64,000 nt of DNA from an uncultured bacterium (GTDB lineage: Bacteria > Verrucomicrobiota > Kiritimatiellia > PWTM01): NCBI GenBank assembly GCA_963744655.1, contig CAVUUJ010000002.1:1277864-1341863 (forward strand), written 5' to 3'. Below are positions 35,844 through 44,522 of the stretch, in pieces. Each line of letters begins with the position of its first letter. Position 1 is the first letter of the stretch. The notes under the pieces are model-generated. The model had not been told where the DNA came from. It worked only from the letters and a program-made list of their open reading frames with translations, and searched no databases. The position numbers and the translations under genes were made by a program.

Positions 35844-36119
35844 ACGCGTGAACTCAACGGCGGCACTCCGTCCGCTGAAGGAACTTGTTCGAATCTCTTC
35901 TCTCCCGCAAGGCCGCCAAAATCGCCGAGGTTTTCCTGTTCAGGCAGGCCGTTGACCGTGCGTGCGATGCCACGTTTCATCATGTCCTCACCGAAGTTCA
36001 GCAGGTAACCGAGCTTCAAGCCGGTGAGCTTCACATAGGTCAAGAGCCGCTTCTCGTGGGCCTCGGTGATCCGCTCAACGGACTTCAATCCGGCGCTCGA
36101 TTCAGAAAGAAATGACCGG

Positions 36120-36148
36120 TTGACGTTGTAACGTTGTAGCGCTATGCG
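36120..36148 (+). promoter_or_regulatory. candidate TA promoter TTGACG-N17-TATGCG overlapping the tandem 8-mer ACGTTGTA ACGTTGTA (36123-36138; possible antitoxin operator)
   Basis: Read directly. A GGGAGG RBS at 36160-36165 precedes ATG 36172. Confidence 0.4.
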
Positions 36149-36171
36149 GTTGTCGTGAAGGGAGGTAAGAC

Positions 36172-36594
36172 ATGAGCATCCTGACGAAACGCGCAACGGT
36201 CTATCTTGACCCGGTTCTGCACAAAGCGCTTCGCCTGCAGTCCGTCGAGACCTCACGGTCCGTTTCCGAACTGATCAACGACGCCGTTCGGGACGAACTC
36301 GCCGAAGATGCTCGCGACCTCGCCCAGTTTGATGAGCGAGTGAAGGAGACCACCGTTGACTTCGAGGACTTCGTGAAGAGTCTGCAGCGCGATGGCACGA
36401 TATGGAGTCATCGTCCGCAAGTCCGTCGCAAAGGACATGAGGGGCATCCCGAGGAAGGATGCCCGGCGCCTTGTTGCAGCCATCAAGTCCCTTGCGGACG
36501 ATCCTCGCCCGCCAGGTGCCAAGAAGCTCTCCGGTCAGGAGCGGTACCGTCTCAGGCAGGGGAAGTGCCGAATCCTGTACGAAGTCCGGCATGA
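36172..36594 (+). CDS. ribbon-helix-helix (CopG/RelB-like) antitoxin; the ORF is abnormally extended over the toxin gene
   Basis: MSILTKRATVYLDPVLHKALRLQSVETSRSVSELINDAVRDELAEDARDLAQFDERV... The first ~78 aa look like an antitoxin. The remaining ~60 aa are an out-of-frame overlap with the RelE gene. Confidence 0.65.
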   Translation: MSILTKRATVYLDPVLHKALRLQSVETSRSVSELINDAVRDELAEDARDLAQFDERVKETTVDFEDFVKSLQRDGTIWSHRPQVRRKGHEGHPEEGCPAPCCSHQVPCGRSSPARCQEALRSGAVPSQAGEVPNPVRSPA

Positions 36595-36649
36595 CAGGCT
36601 GATCGTCTGCGTCGTCCGAGCCGGAGGCCGCCGCGACGTCTACCGATGA
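36392..36649 (+). CDS. relE: RelE/ParE-family type II toxin
   Basis: 85 aa: MARYGVIVRKSVAKDMRGIPRKDARRLVAAIKSLADDPRPPGAKKLSGQERYRLRQGKCRILYEVRHDRLIVCVVRAGGRRDVYR. This is a canonical RelE/StbE-like pattern. Confidence 0.85.
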   Translation: MARYGVIVRKSVAKDMRGIPRKDARRLVAAIKSLADDPRPPGAKKLSGQERYRLRQGKCRILYEVRHDRLIVCVVRAGGRRDVYR

Positions 36650-36970
36650 GATAATCGAACAGGGCCCATGGACGGCACGGCGTACAGCCGCCCGTCATGG
36701 CCGGCGATCACCTTGCTCTGGACAACCGTATCGGCCCGGAAGCCTTCGACGAAACGCACGCCCCGGCACACCATGGCCACCGGCACTTGGCGTTCCGCGC
36801 TGAACCCTCGCTTCCGGATCTCATCCGGAAGGACGACTTTGTGGACCGTCTCCAGCCGTTCCGGACCAGGTTCGAGATGAACCGCCATAGCAGCGTCCAC
36901 GATTTTCCGGCTCTTTCGCGAATGCTGTGGGTTGCAGCTTGATTCCGGGCGTCTTGTGTCGCCACGGCGG

Positions 36971-37245
36971 GGTGAAGGTGTCGGGTTTCAGGTGTCGGGT
37001 TTCAGGGTCACTTCCCGAGCCGCAAGGGGTGTGGTTTTCGGTCACGTGCCGGCATTGATCGCCGGACCCGGCTGCCGGGTTCATGGCGCTCTCCTGCCGG
37101 CCTCTGGTGACCCGCATACCTCCGGACGCAGCCGGCACAGCTTGCGGTAGACCTCGAGGTCTTCCACCGCCATGCAGGTCCTCTCTGCCCTCTTTCCGTC
37201 CTGAAACCCGACACCTGAAACCTGAGCCCCGACACCGTTGTCACC
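36971..37245. repeat. imperfect ~40-bp inverted repeats built from 7-nt units (GTGTCGG GTTTCAG x2) flanking ~185 bp
   Basis: Left arm GGTGAAGGTGTCGGGTTTCAGGTGTCGGGTTTCAGGGTCAC. The right arm (37198-37245) is its approximate reverse complement. Confidence 0.7.
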
Positions 37246-37429
37246 GCCTACGGATCACGCCGGGGCTTCGACATGCCGGTCATCCACAGAATTCCAGACA
37301 GACCCCGATTTCTTCGCCTATGCTGTCCTCATCCATCTTCGCGATCTCTGCGCCTTTGCGAGAGTCGTTCCTCCTGTCTTCGAACGCCGGGCCCGCCGGG
37401 AGCCGGCGCGCCCCGACGTCCGCCGACCT

Positions 37430-39673
37430 TTACCGCGTGTGCGGGCAAGCCAGGACGCAGGCCTCGAAGGCGCAGGGGCGGGCCCGTTCGATGGCCGGAA
37501 GCTTGCGCAGCGCTTCCTCCAGCGCTTCGGCGGTCACGTCCTCCGGCGGGCGGACGTCCAGTTGCCAGCCGAGCAGCCCCGGGCCCTCCTCCGCCACGAG
37601 CCCGTGGCGCTTCGACCAGTCGCACCGAACGCGTTCGATCGGGTGGAAGGTCTCGGTCGCGCTTCCCACCGCCACCGTGACGGGCTCGCGGAACGCCCCG
37701 ACCGGGCACACCTCAAGGCAGCGCGAGCAGCCTTCGCAGTCCGGGCGCACGGCGTCGTCCGCCGGTCCCGACACCGGCAGGGGCGCGTCGGTCACGATGC
37801 TGACCGTGCGGAGGTTCGAGCCGTGAACGGGGTGCACCACGTGCCCGCAGCGGCCGAGGCGGCCGAGGCCCGCCGCCACGGCGGCGAAACGGTTGCAGAA
37901 CCAGTCCGGCTGCGTGCCGCGGGAGTTGGCGGTCCCCGACCCGGTGCCCAGCAGGTCGTGGGAGACCCACGCGCGGTGGCCCGCCGCCTCGAGGCGGGCC
38001 GCGACGCGCCACGCCGCCAGCAGCAGCAGCACCTGCGATTCGTACTCGGCCAGGCTCAGCGGGCCGGGCGCCTCGGCCGGGGGCCGCCCGGTACAGGCCA
38101 CGGACTCACGGGGGAGCGGCAGGCCGAGGACGAGGACCGACGCGGCGCCGGGCCAGCGTTCCCCGGGCCCGCGGACGTCCACGGCCTGCTCCGTCACCGC
38201 CGGGTCCATCGGCAGGAACCGGTTCTCGAAGCCTTGCCGGTCCCGGGCCGCCAGGTCCCGCTGGCCGGCCCAGTGCGGCCGGAGCTGCGCGGCCACGTCG
38301 TCGAGGACGCCCGCCGAGGCGACGCCCGAGAGGAAACCCTCGGCGACGCGGTCCGCCTCGCGGCGGAGGTCCTCCAGCCCGGCCCGGACCCGCGCGGGGG
38401 CCGGCAGGCGGGCGGCGGTCGGCTCCAGCGGGGCGGTCGTCAGCACCGTCTGCGTCAGGATCGGCACCCCGGCCTCGATCTCCGCCGCGAACCGCGCCTC
38501 GTCGTGGTCGGTCTCGCAGATCGCGTCGTGGCCGTTCCGTTCCAGCTCGCGGGTGATGTCGTAGGCCGCCTGCGCCAGGATGCGCCCCGCCATCTCGTCC
38601 CGCCGCGGCATCGGCGTCCCGGGCAGGCGCAGGACCACGGTCACGCCGCGGACCGCCCCGGGCAGGTGCGCGTCCATCTCGCCGGCCGCGAGCGGGACGA
38701 CCGCGAGGCCGTCCGCTCCGCGGCCCTCGGCCAGGCCGGCGAGCCGCCACGCGATCGCGCGGCCGGGCGGGGTCTCGCCCGGCACGACGTCGCGCCGGCG
38801 GCGCGGCGCGTCGGTGTAGGCCGGGTCCCGGTACCGGCGCGCCGCGGGGAGGCAGTAGCGGAGGCAGCTTCCCATCTCGCCGCCGCGGAGGCCGTGCCGC
38901 GCGCGGGCCTCCTCGATCGTCTCCGGCGTCACCGTCTCGGGTAGGTCCAGGTCCAGGTCCAGGTCGAAGTGCTCGCCCCAGGCGCAGCGCCAGAGGTTCT
39001 TGCGCGCGTAGCGGTAGACCTTGTCCTCGATCCGGACCTCGTTCCAGCCGTCGACCTCCTTCGAGAGCGCCCCGCTCATGCAGTGTTTGCGGCACAGCAT
39101 GCAGTGGTCGCACACGCTCCCGGGCTCCAGCAGCGGTGTCGGGGTCAGCGCCGCGTCGGTGAGGACCGTGATCCAGCGGTTGCGCGCGCCGAACTCCGGG
39201 GAGATCGCGAGGCCGCTGAAGCCGAACTCCGCCAGCCCGGCCGCCACCGCCGCGTGCATGTGGGAGAGGTCCGGCGCGAAGACCTCCGGCATCTCCTTGT
39301 ACGACCGGTAGCGCCAGCTATTCGAACTGAAGACCGCCACCGCCTCGTGCCCGAGCGACTGCAGGTGGTTGGCGAGCCGGAAGCTCATCTCGTCCAGCCG
39401 CTGGTTCATCCGGTACTGCACGCGGTAGGGGCCGATCTCCTGCGGGTGCGTCCTGCCGCCGAGCTCGATGCAGGCGTCCGGATGGTGCACGGCCATCACG
39501 ACGACGCTGCGCGCCGAGGGCATGATGCCGGCGGGGCTCATGCGGGGCGGCGCGTGCAGGAACCGCTCCACGTTGGCGATGCCGCACAGGTCCGCGCGGA
39601 GCGTCTCCAGGGCGTAGCGCCGAAGGCAGGTCGAGGCCGGGGTCTCGATGGCGGGTTTCTCGGGCATCTTCAT
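37430..39673 (-). CDS. tandem (two-module) QueG/reductive-dehalogenase-like 4Fe-4S protein
   Basis: Start MKMPEKP (ATG 39673, 7 nt after AGGAG; alternative start 39679). Module 1: SHMHAAVAAGLAEFGFSGLAISPEFGARNRWITVLTDAAL...CDHCMLCRKHCMSGAL. Module 2: NRFAAVAAGLGRLGRCGHVVHPVHGSNLRTVSIVTDAPL...CEGCSRCLEVCPVGAF...CAFEACVLACP. The upstream 400 aa of the track ORF are shadow. Confidence 0.7.
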   Translation of the reverse strand: MKMPEKPAIETPASTCLRRYALETLRADLCGIANVERFLHAPPRMSPAGIMPSARSVVVMAVHHPDACIELGGRTHPQEIGPYRVQYRMNQRLDEMSFRLANHLQSLGHEAVAVFSSNSWRYRSYKEMPEVFAPDLSHMHAAVAAGLAEFGFSGLAISPEFGARNRWITVLTDAALTPTPLLEPGSVCDHCMLCRKHCMSGALSKEVDGWNEVRIEDKVYRYARKNLWRCAWGEHFDLDLDLDLPETVTPETIEEARARHGLRGGEMGSCLRYCLPAARRYRDPAYTDAPRRRRDVVPGETPPGRAIAWRLAGLAEGRGADGLAVVPLAAGEMDAHLPGAVRGVTVVLRLPGTPMPRRDEMAGRILAQAAYDITRELERNGHDAICETDHDEARFAAEIEAGVPILTQTVLTTAPLEPTAARLPAPARVRAGLEDLRREADRVAEGFLSGVASAGVLDDVAAQLRPHWAGQRDLAARDRQGFENRFLPMDPAVTEQAVDVRGPGERWPGAASVLVLGLPLPRESVACTGRPPAEAPGPLSLAEYESQVLLLLAAWRVAARLEAAGHRAWVSHDLLGTGSGTANSRGTQPDWFCNRFAAVAAGLGRLGRCGHVVHPVHGSNLRTVSIVTDAPLPVSGPADDAVRPDCEGCSRCLEVCPVGAFREPVTVAVGSATETFHPIERVRCDWSKRHGLVAEEGPGLLGWQLDVRPPEDVTAEALEEALRKLPAIERARPCAFEACVLACPHTR

Positions 39674-39735
39674 CTCCATGCTCCTTTCCGTGCAGACGCG
39701 CGCCATCCTACCGCGGGCTGGACCCGCGCCGCGAA

Positions 39736-40527
39736 ATGCGTATGTTATTCCACTATGCGGAATACGGAGCCGTTTGTCGGGCAAGGGGCAGGGCGGTGAG
39801 CCAGGTGCTGCAGCGGGCCACCCGGCTGCTCGAGGCGCTTGCCCGCCGGCCGGTCTCGCCCCTCGGGCCGCTCGCGCGGCAGGCGCGGATCCCCGCGTCG
39901 ACCGCGGTGCGGCTGCTGCAGGCGCTGGCGGCGCTCGACTGGGTCGAGCAGGTCCGGCCCCGGGGGCCCTACCGCCTCGGGCCGCGCAGCTGGATGCTGA
40001 CCGAACGGTACAACGCCGTGGAGCCCCTGCTGCGGCGGACCCGGCCGCTGCTGGCCACCCTGGCGGCCGAACTGCGCCAGCCGTTCGTCCTGGTCCGCCT
40101 GAGCAACGGGCGGCGCCAGGTGCTCCAGCTGCGGGCTCCGCGCGGGGCGGCGCCCGCCGTGCTGGCACGGACCGAGGGGCACCTCTACGAGACGCCCACC
40201 GGCCGCCTGCTGCTCGCCCACGAGCCCGCCCGGAACCGCAAGCGGCTGCTGGACCGGCTGGGCCTGCCGGCGCCGGAGGTGTGGCGCGGCATCGCGGATC
40301 GCGACGAGCTGGAGGCGGAGCTGCGGGAGCTGCGCCGCGAGGGCTACATCGCGGAGGAGACGGCCCGCTGGCACCACCATGCGGCGTGGATCGGCCGATG
40401 GAACGGCGAGGGCGCCTGCATCGGCACCTTCGCGCCGCCGGGCCGGCTGCACCCGGACACCGGGCCCCGGCTGCGTGCCGCCCGGGAGGCGGTGCGCCGG
40501 CCCGCCCGCCCCCGGCAGGCGTCCTGA
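39736..40527 (+). CDS. IclR-family transcriptional regulator
   Basis: VLQRATRLLEALARRPVSPLGPLARQARIPASTAVRLLQALAALDWVEQ (winged HTH) plus an effector domain. The more likely start is GTG 39796. Divergent from the QueG-like gene. Confidence 0.7.
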   Translation: MRMLFHYAEYGAVCRARGRAVSQVLQRATRLLEALARRPVSPLGPLARQARIPASTAVRLLQALAALDWVEQVRPRGPYRLGPRSWMLTERYNAVEPLLRRTRPLLATLAAELRQPFVLVRLSNGRRQVLQLRAPRGAAPAVLARTEGHLYETPTGRLLLAHEPARNRKRLLDRLGLPAPEVWRGIADRDELEAELRELRREGYIAEETARWHHHAAWIGRWNGEGACIGTFAPPGRLHPDTGPRLRAAREAVRRPARPRQAS

Positions 40528-40692
40528 AAGCTTCGCCCCGCGGTCCTGCCGGTCCACTATCCCCCGCCCCACAGCCCCGCGCTCGCCGCCCGTGCAGCCT
40601 GCGTTGGGGCCAACGCGGGCCACCTGCCGCTGGATACGAGACATACCGCCGGTGGGCGGCGTTAGCCTCAACGCCGCTCTGCTGCGCGCCGT

Positions 40693-40753
40693 CTGCCCGG
40701 GTTGAGGCTCGTTCCTCCATAGCCCCGGGGGCGAGGGAGGGCCAACGCGGGCC
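40693..40753 (-). repeat. dispersed ~60-nt intergenic repeat, copy 2 (reverse orientation)
   Basis: The reverse complement reads GGCCCGCGTTGGCCCTCCCTCGCCCCCGGGGCTATGGAGGAACGAGCCTCAACCCGGGCA. Confidence 0.8.
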
Positions 40754-40838
40754 ACCGGGTCTGCACAGGAGCCAACAGAGGAAACGGAGACCACCCCCTC
40801 CGCCTCCACCTCCGTTACCTCTGTTCCCTCCTGTGCAA

Positions 40839-40868
40839 GAAATCCGAAATCCGAAACCCGAATCCGAC
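40839..40868. repeat. short heptanucleotide array GAAATCC GAAATCC GAAACCC GAATCC
   Basis: Read directly. Intergenic. Confidence 0.8.
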
Positions 40869-40933
40869 CTTCGCAGGGCAATCCGTCCCACCGTCCACCG
40901 ACCTGCCGGCGCGGACGGGAGGGGCGACGCAGG

Positions 40934-43900
40934 CTAGGGCTGGATGCGAAGCCGGTTGAACTGCCGCCCGGTGCCGCCGGGAAGCTCGTGGGTCATCGTG
41001 CGGCGTACCGTCGTGTCCGAGAGCACCTCGTCCTGCACGGCGGGCGAGGGTACGTCGTCCCAGGAGGCCAGGTTGTCCGTCGACTCGAGGACGTAGTCCG
41101 GTTCGCGGTCGCGCGGCTTCTCGAAACTCACCGCGACGCGGGCCGCCCCGCCGCCGGCGGGTTCGACCGCGATGGCGATGCGGCCGCCGTCGGGGTCGGC
41201 GGTCATGCCGCGCAGGCCGAAGCCGAACTCCGCGTCGTTGCGCAGCCCGTCGCCGTCGGGGTCGCGGTCGCCGCCGTCCTCGCCGGGCGGGAAGCCTTCG
41301 CCGCCGGCCCATTCCGTGTAGGTCAGGGGCCGGACGGTGACGAGCGTTTCGGCGAAGCCCGCGACCCCGCCGCCCCAGGCGGTGAGACGCAGGCCGTAGT
41401 CGCCGGGCAGGCCGAAGGCGGCGGTGGTGGCGGGCGCGTCGGGGTCGGCGAAGACCACGGGGGAGGGCCCCGTGGCGCGGCTCCAGGCGGAACTGACCGC
41501 GGTGCCGCCGATGCTGCCGCCGAGGGCTGCGCCCGCGGTGTACGCCACCGTCTGCGGCGGGCCGGCCTGCGCGTCGAGCGCGGGCCGGCGGAACCAGGCG
41601 AGCGTGGCCACCTCGTCGGGGGTCAGCACCCGGTCGTAGAAGCGGAACAGGGCGATCCGCCCGTCGAAGGGTCCGTAGCCCGTGCCGCCGCCCAGCAGGT
41701 CGTTGCCGCCGAGGTGGCCTCCGTCCGCGGTCTCGGCCGACGAGGCGTCGACGATGGTCCCCAGGCCGGAATAGCTGGTTCCGCACCAGTCGTGGACCAC
41801 GGCGGCGGTCTCGGCATCGGCCTCGACGCCGTCGGCGTAGAGCCGGACGACGTCGCCCGCCAGGTCGATCACGCCCACCACGTGCACGAAGCCGTCCCAG
41901 CCCGGCCGCGCCGAGAAGGACGCCTCGGCCAGCGCGCCCTGCGGGGCCGCGCCGCCGTCATCCACCGCGAAGCGCAGCGTGGCGCCCTCGCGCGTGAGCG
42001 AGGCGCCGGTGTCGCCGCCGGTCTCCCACAGCACTTGCTTGCCCCCGCCGGAGGGGTCGTCGGGCCGGAACCACAGCTCCACCGAGGCGCTGCCCGTGCC
42101 GTAGGCGTCGAGGTGCAGACTGCGCCCACCGCTCGGGGGCGCGGCGCCGCTGAAGACATAGGCGGCCTCCAACCCGGCCACCGAGGGCGCGTTGTCGGAG
42201 CCGTCACGCACGACCGCGCCCGCGCCGGTGGCCAGCGCCCAGTCCCGCCCCGTCACGCCCGTGGTGTTCTCCCAGGCCGTGTTGCCGTCGGTGTCCGCCG
42301 TCGCGTCGTAGGCCAGCAGCGGCGGGGACACCGGCACGGCGTTCGTCCCGCCCCCGACGCGCACCGTGATCTCGTCGGTGCGCCCCGGCATGGCCTGGCC
42401 CGGCCAGGAGGCGGCCAGCCGCACGGTGTACTCCCCGTCGGCGGGAAAGGCCACGGCCGTCGCCTGGGCGGCCGGGTCCGACACGGTGGCCGAGCCGGGG
42501 CCGGCTACGGTCCACGCGAACTCCGCCCCGGCCGGGTCCGGGACCTCGTTGACGGTCGCGCCGCCTTCCGCCAGCAGCCGCACGTGCGGGCCCGCCAGGT
42601 TCGCCGGCGCGCTCTGCGGCGAGCGGATCGCCGCGTCCGCGCCCGGCACGGCGTCGTCGTCCTGCTCGAAGGCGAAGATCTCGCGGATCTCGTTCATGGC
42701 CGAGGTCGCGCACCGGAACGTCGCGCCGCGGTCGAGCGTGTCCGCGTCCTGCGCGGCGGCCAGATCGACGGTCTGCCAGGCCGCCCAGTTGGAGCTGTCG
42801 AAGGCCAGGGTGCCGCCCGAAGCGACCGAGAGGTCCGGGTCGCCGGAGAAGGGGGTGACCGTGACCGTGACCGGTCCGCCCGGGTCGTGCGAGAGCCGCG
42901 CGCGCAGCGCGGCCGTTCCGCCTTCGGGCACCGTCACCCGGGTGTGCTCCAGGTCCACCTCGAAGCTCGTGAAGCTGCCGGGGGAGCGCTTGGAGGCGTT
43001 GAGCGAGGTACTGAAGCCGGTGCGCAGCGCCTGGAGGCTAGCCGCGACGTCGGGATGCGCCGCCGCGACGTTCGTCCGCTCCTGGATGTCGCTCTCCAGG
43101 TCGAAGAGTTCGCCGTTCCGGTACTTCCACTTGCCCTGCCTCACGGCCTCGAGCGTGCTGCCCTGCCCTGGTAGATGTAGTGCGCTTCGCGGGGCGAGAC
43201 GGCGCCGGGGGCGCCGGAGAGCAGCGGCCACATGTCGGCCCCGTCGATCACGCGGTCCGTGGGTGGCGCCGCGCCGGCCAGCCCGGCCAGGGTCGGGAGC
43301 AGGTCGATCAACCCGCAGACCTCGTCGCTTTCCAGGCCGGCGGGGATGTGTCCCGGCCAGCGCGCGATGAACGGCACGCGGACGCCGCCCCCGAACGTGG
43401 TATGTTTGCCGTCGCGCAGCGGATACGCGGAGCCGACGGCGTTGTTCGTGGTATTGGGGTTGCTCTTGCTGAGCCACGGGCCGTTGTCGGAGGTGAAGAT
43501 GACGAGGGTGTTGTCGTCAAGCCCGAGGGCCTGGAGGCGGTCGAGCAGCCGCCCCATGCTGTGGTCCAGCTCCATGGCGATGTCGTAGTACCAGCTCACG
43601 CCGCTAGCGCCCTGGAACTTCGGCCAGGTGGTTCCGTCGGCGTTCGTGTAGGTGCTGTCCGAGGGGTACGTTGGCACGTGGGGCATCGTGTGCGCGATGT
43701 ACAGGAAGAACGGTCGGGTCCGGTTGCGCTCGATGAAGTCCAGCGCGCGTTCCGTGTACCGCCAGGTCAGCTGCGCCTGCTCGGACGGCGTCTGGAAGTC
43801 CGCGTCGAGGACCGTCTCGCCGTCGATCAGCGGATAGCCGGGCATGTCGTTGCTGTGCGGCACGGCGAGGCACTCGTCGAAACCGTGCCGGGTGGGCCAC

Positions 43901-44424
43901 AGCTGCATCGGGTTGGCCGCGCCGGTGTAGTAGCCGAGGTGCCACTTGCCGACCATGGCCGTCGCGTACCCCCGCTCCTTGAGCTGTTCCGGCAGGGTCA
44001 CTTCGCGCGTGCCCAGGCCGCCGTTGGTGTGCCCCCAGAAGACGTTGTTGACGCCCACGCGCGGGTGGTAGGAGCCCGTCATCAGGCAGGCGCGCGACGG
44101 CGAGCACAGCGGCGAGGCGTAGAAGGAGGTGAGGCGCGCGCCCTGCGCGGCCATGCCGTCGATGACCGGCGTGAGCAGCCGCGCGTGGTTGGGCTGCGGG
44201 ATGTCCGGGTCCGTGTAGGGAAAGTTCGTCGGGGGCCCGGCGTGGGGGTAGTAGTTCGTCGGGCTGGGGTAGGTCTGCGCCCCGAGGTCGTTGTAGCCGA
44301 AATCGTCACAGAGCACGACGATGAAGTTGGGCGGCCGTTGCGGCTCGGGCACGTCGGCCGGCGCCGTGTACGCCCGGAAGAAGAGGTAGCCGGCGAGGGC
44401 GCGGAGGATCGGGTGCTTCAGCAT
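40934..44424 (-). pseudogene. Cys-type sulfatase fused to PKD-like/LamG modules; broken by a 5-bp tandem duplication
   Basis: Sulfatase part from ATG 44424: NFIVVLCDDFGYNDLG, SPLCSPSRACLMTGS, VIFTSDNGPW. The frame is lost at CTGCC CTGCC (43158-43167), giving a premature stop at 43141. The downstream frame continues STLEAVRQGKWKYRNGELFDLESD..., then the LamG block (ASVELWFRPDD...FDGRIALFRFYDRVLTPDEV) to the stop at 40934. Removing 5 nt gives one 1,161-codon ORF. Confidence 0.8.
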
Positions 44425-44522
44425 CGCGGGTTTCCCGTGGGGCAAGGTCGCGGGCTCGAAGAAGAAGCGGGCGCCCCGGAGACCGGGGCGCCCGCCGCAA
44501 GACAGGCTCGGTTCCGGGGAGG

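Larger units (their letters stand above)
36096..36700 (+). mobile_element. 605-bp toxin-antitoxin cassette flanked by the 6-bp direct repeat CCGGCG (36090-36095 and 36701-36706)
   Basis: It contains only a promoter/operator-like region, the RHH antitoxin and the RelE toxin. No recombinase and no terminal inverted repeats were seen. Confidence 0.5.
35777..36900 (-). pseudogene. GxxExxY-family (PD-(D/E)XK-like) gene split by insertion of a toxin-antitoxin cassette
   Basis: N-part (36900-36706): ..AMAVHLEPGPERLETVHKVVLPDEIRKRGFSAERQVPVAMVCRGVRFVEGFRADTVVQSKVI. C-part (from 36088): LKSVERITEAHEKRLLTYVKLTGLKLGYLLNFGEDMMKRGIARTVNGL. Deleting 611 nt joins them in frame as ..KVIAGLKSVE... Confidence 0.7.

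Noticed and set aside
36640-36705. The C-terminal 21 residues (AGHDGRLYAVPSMGPVRLSHR*) of the 36640..36900 ORF as a genuine short protein end.
   Set aside because: Homology to the GxxExxY family stops exactly at the insertion junction. The remaining codons are read-through into the end of the TA cassette.
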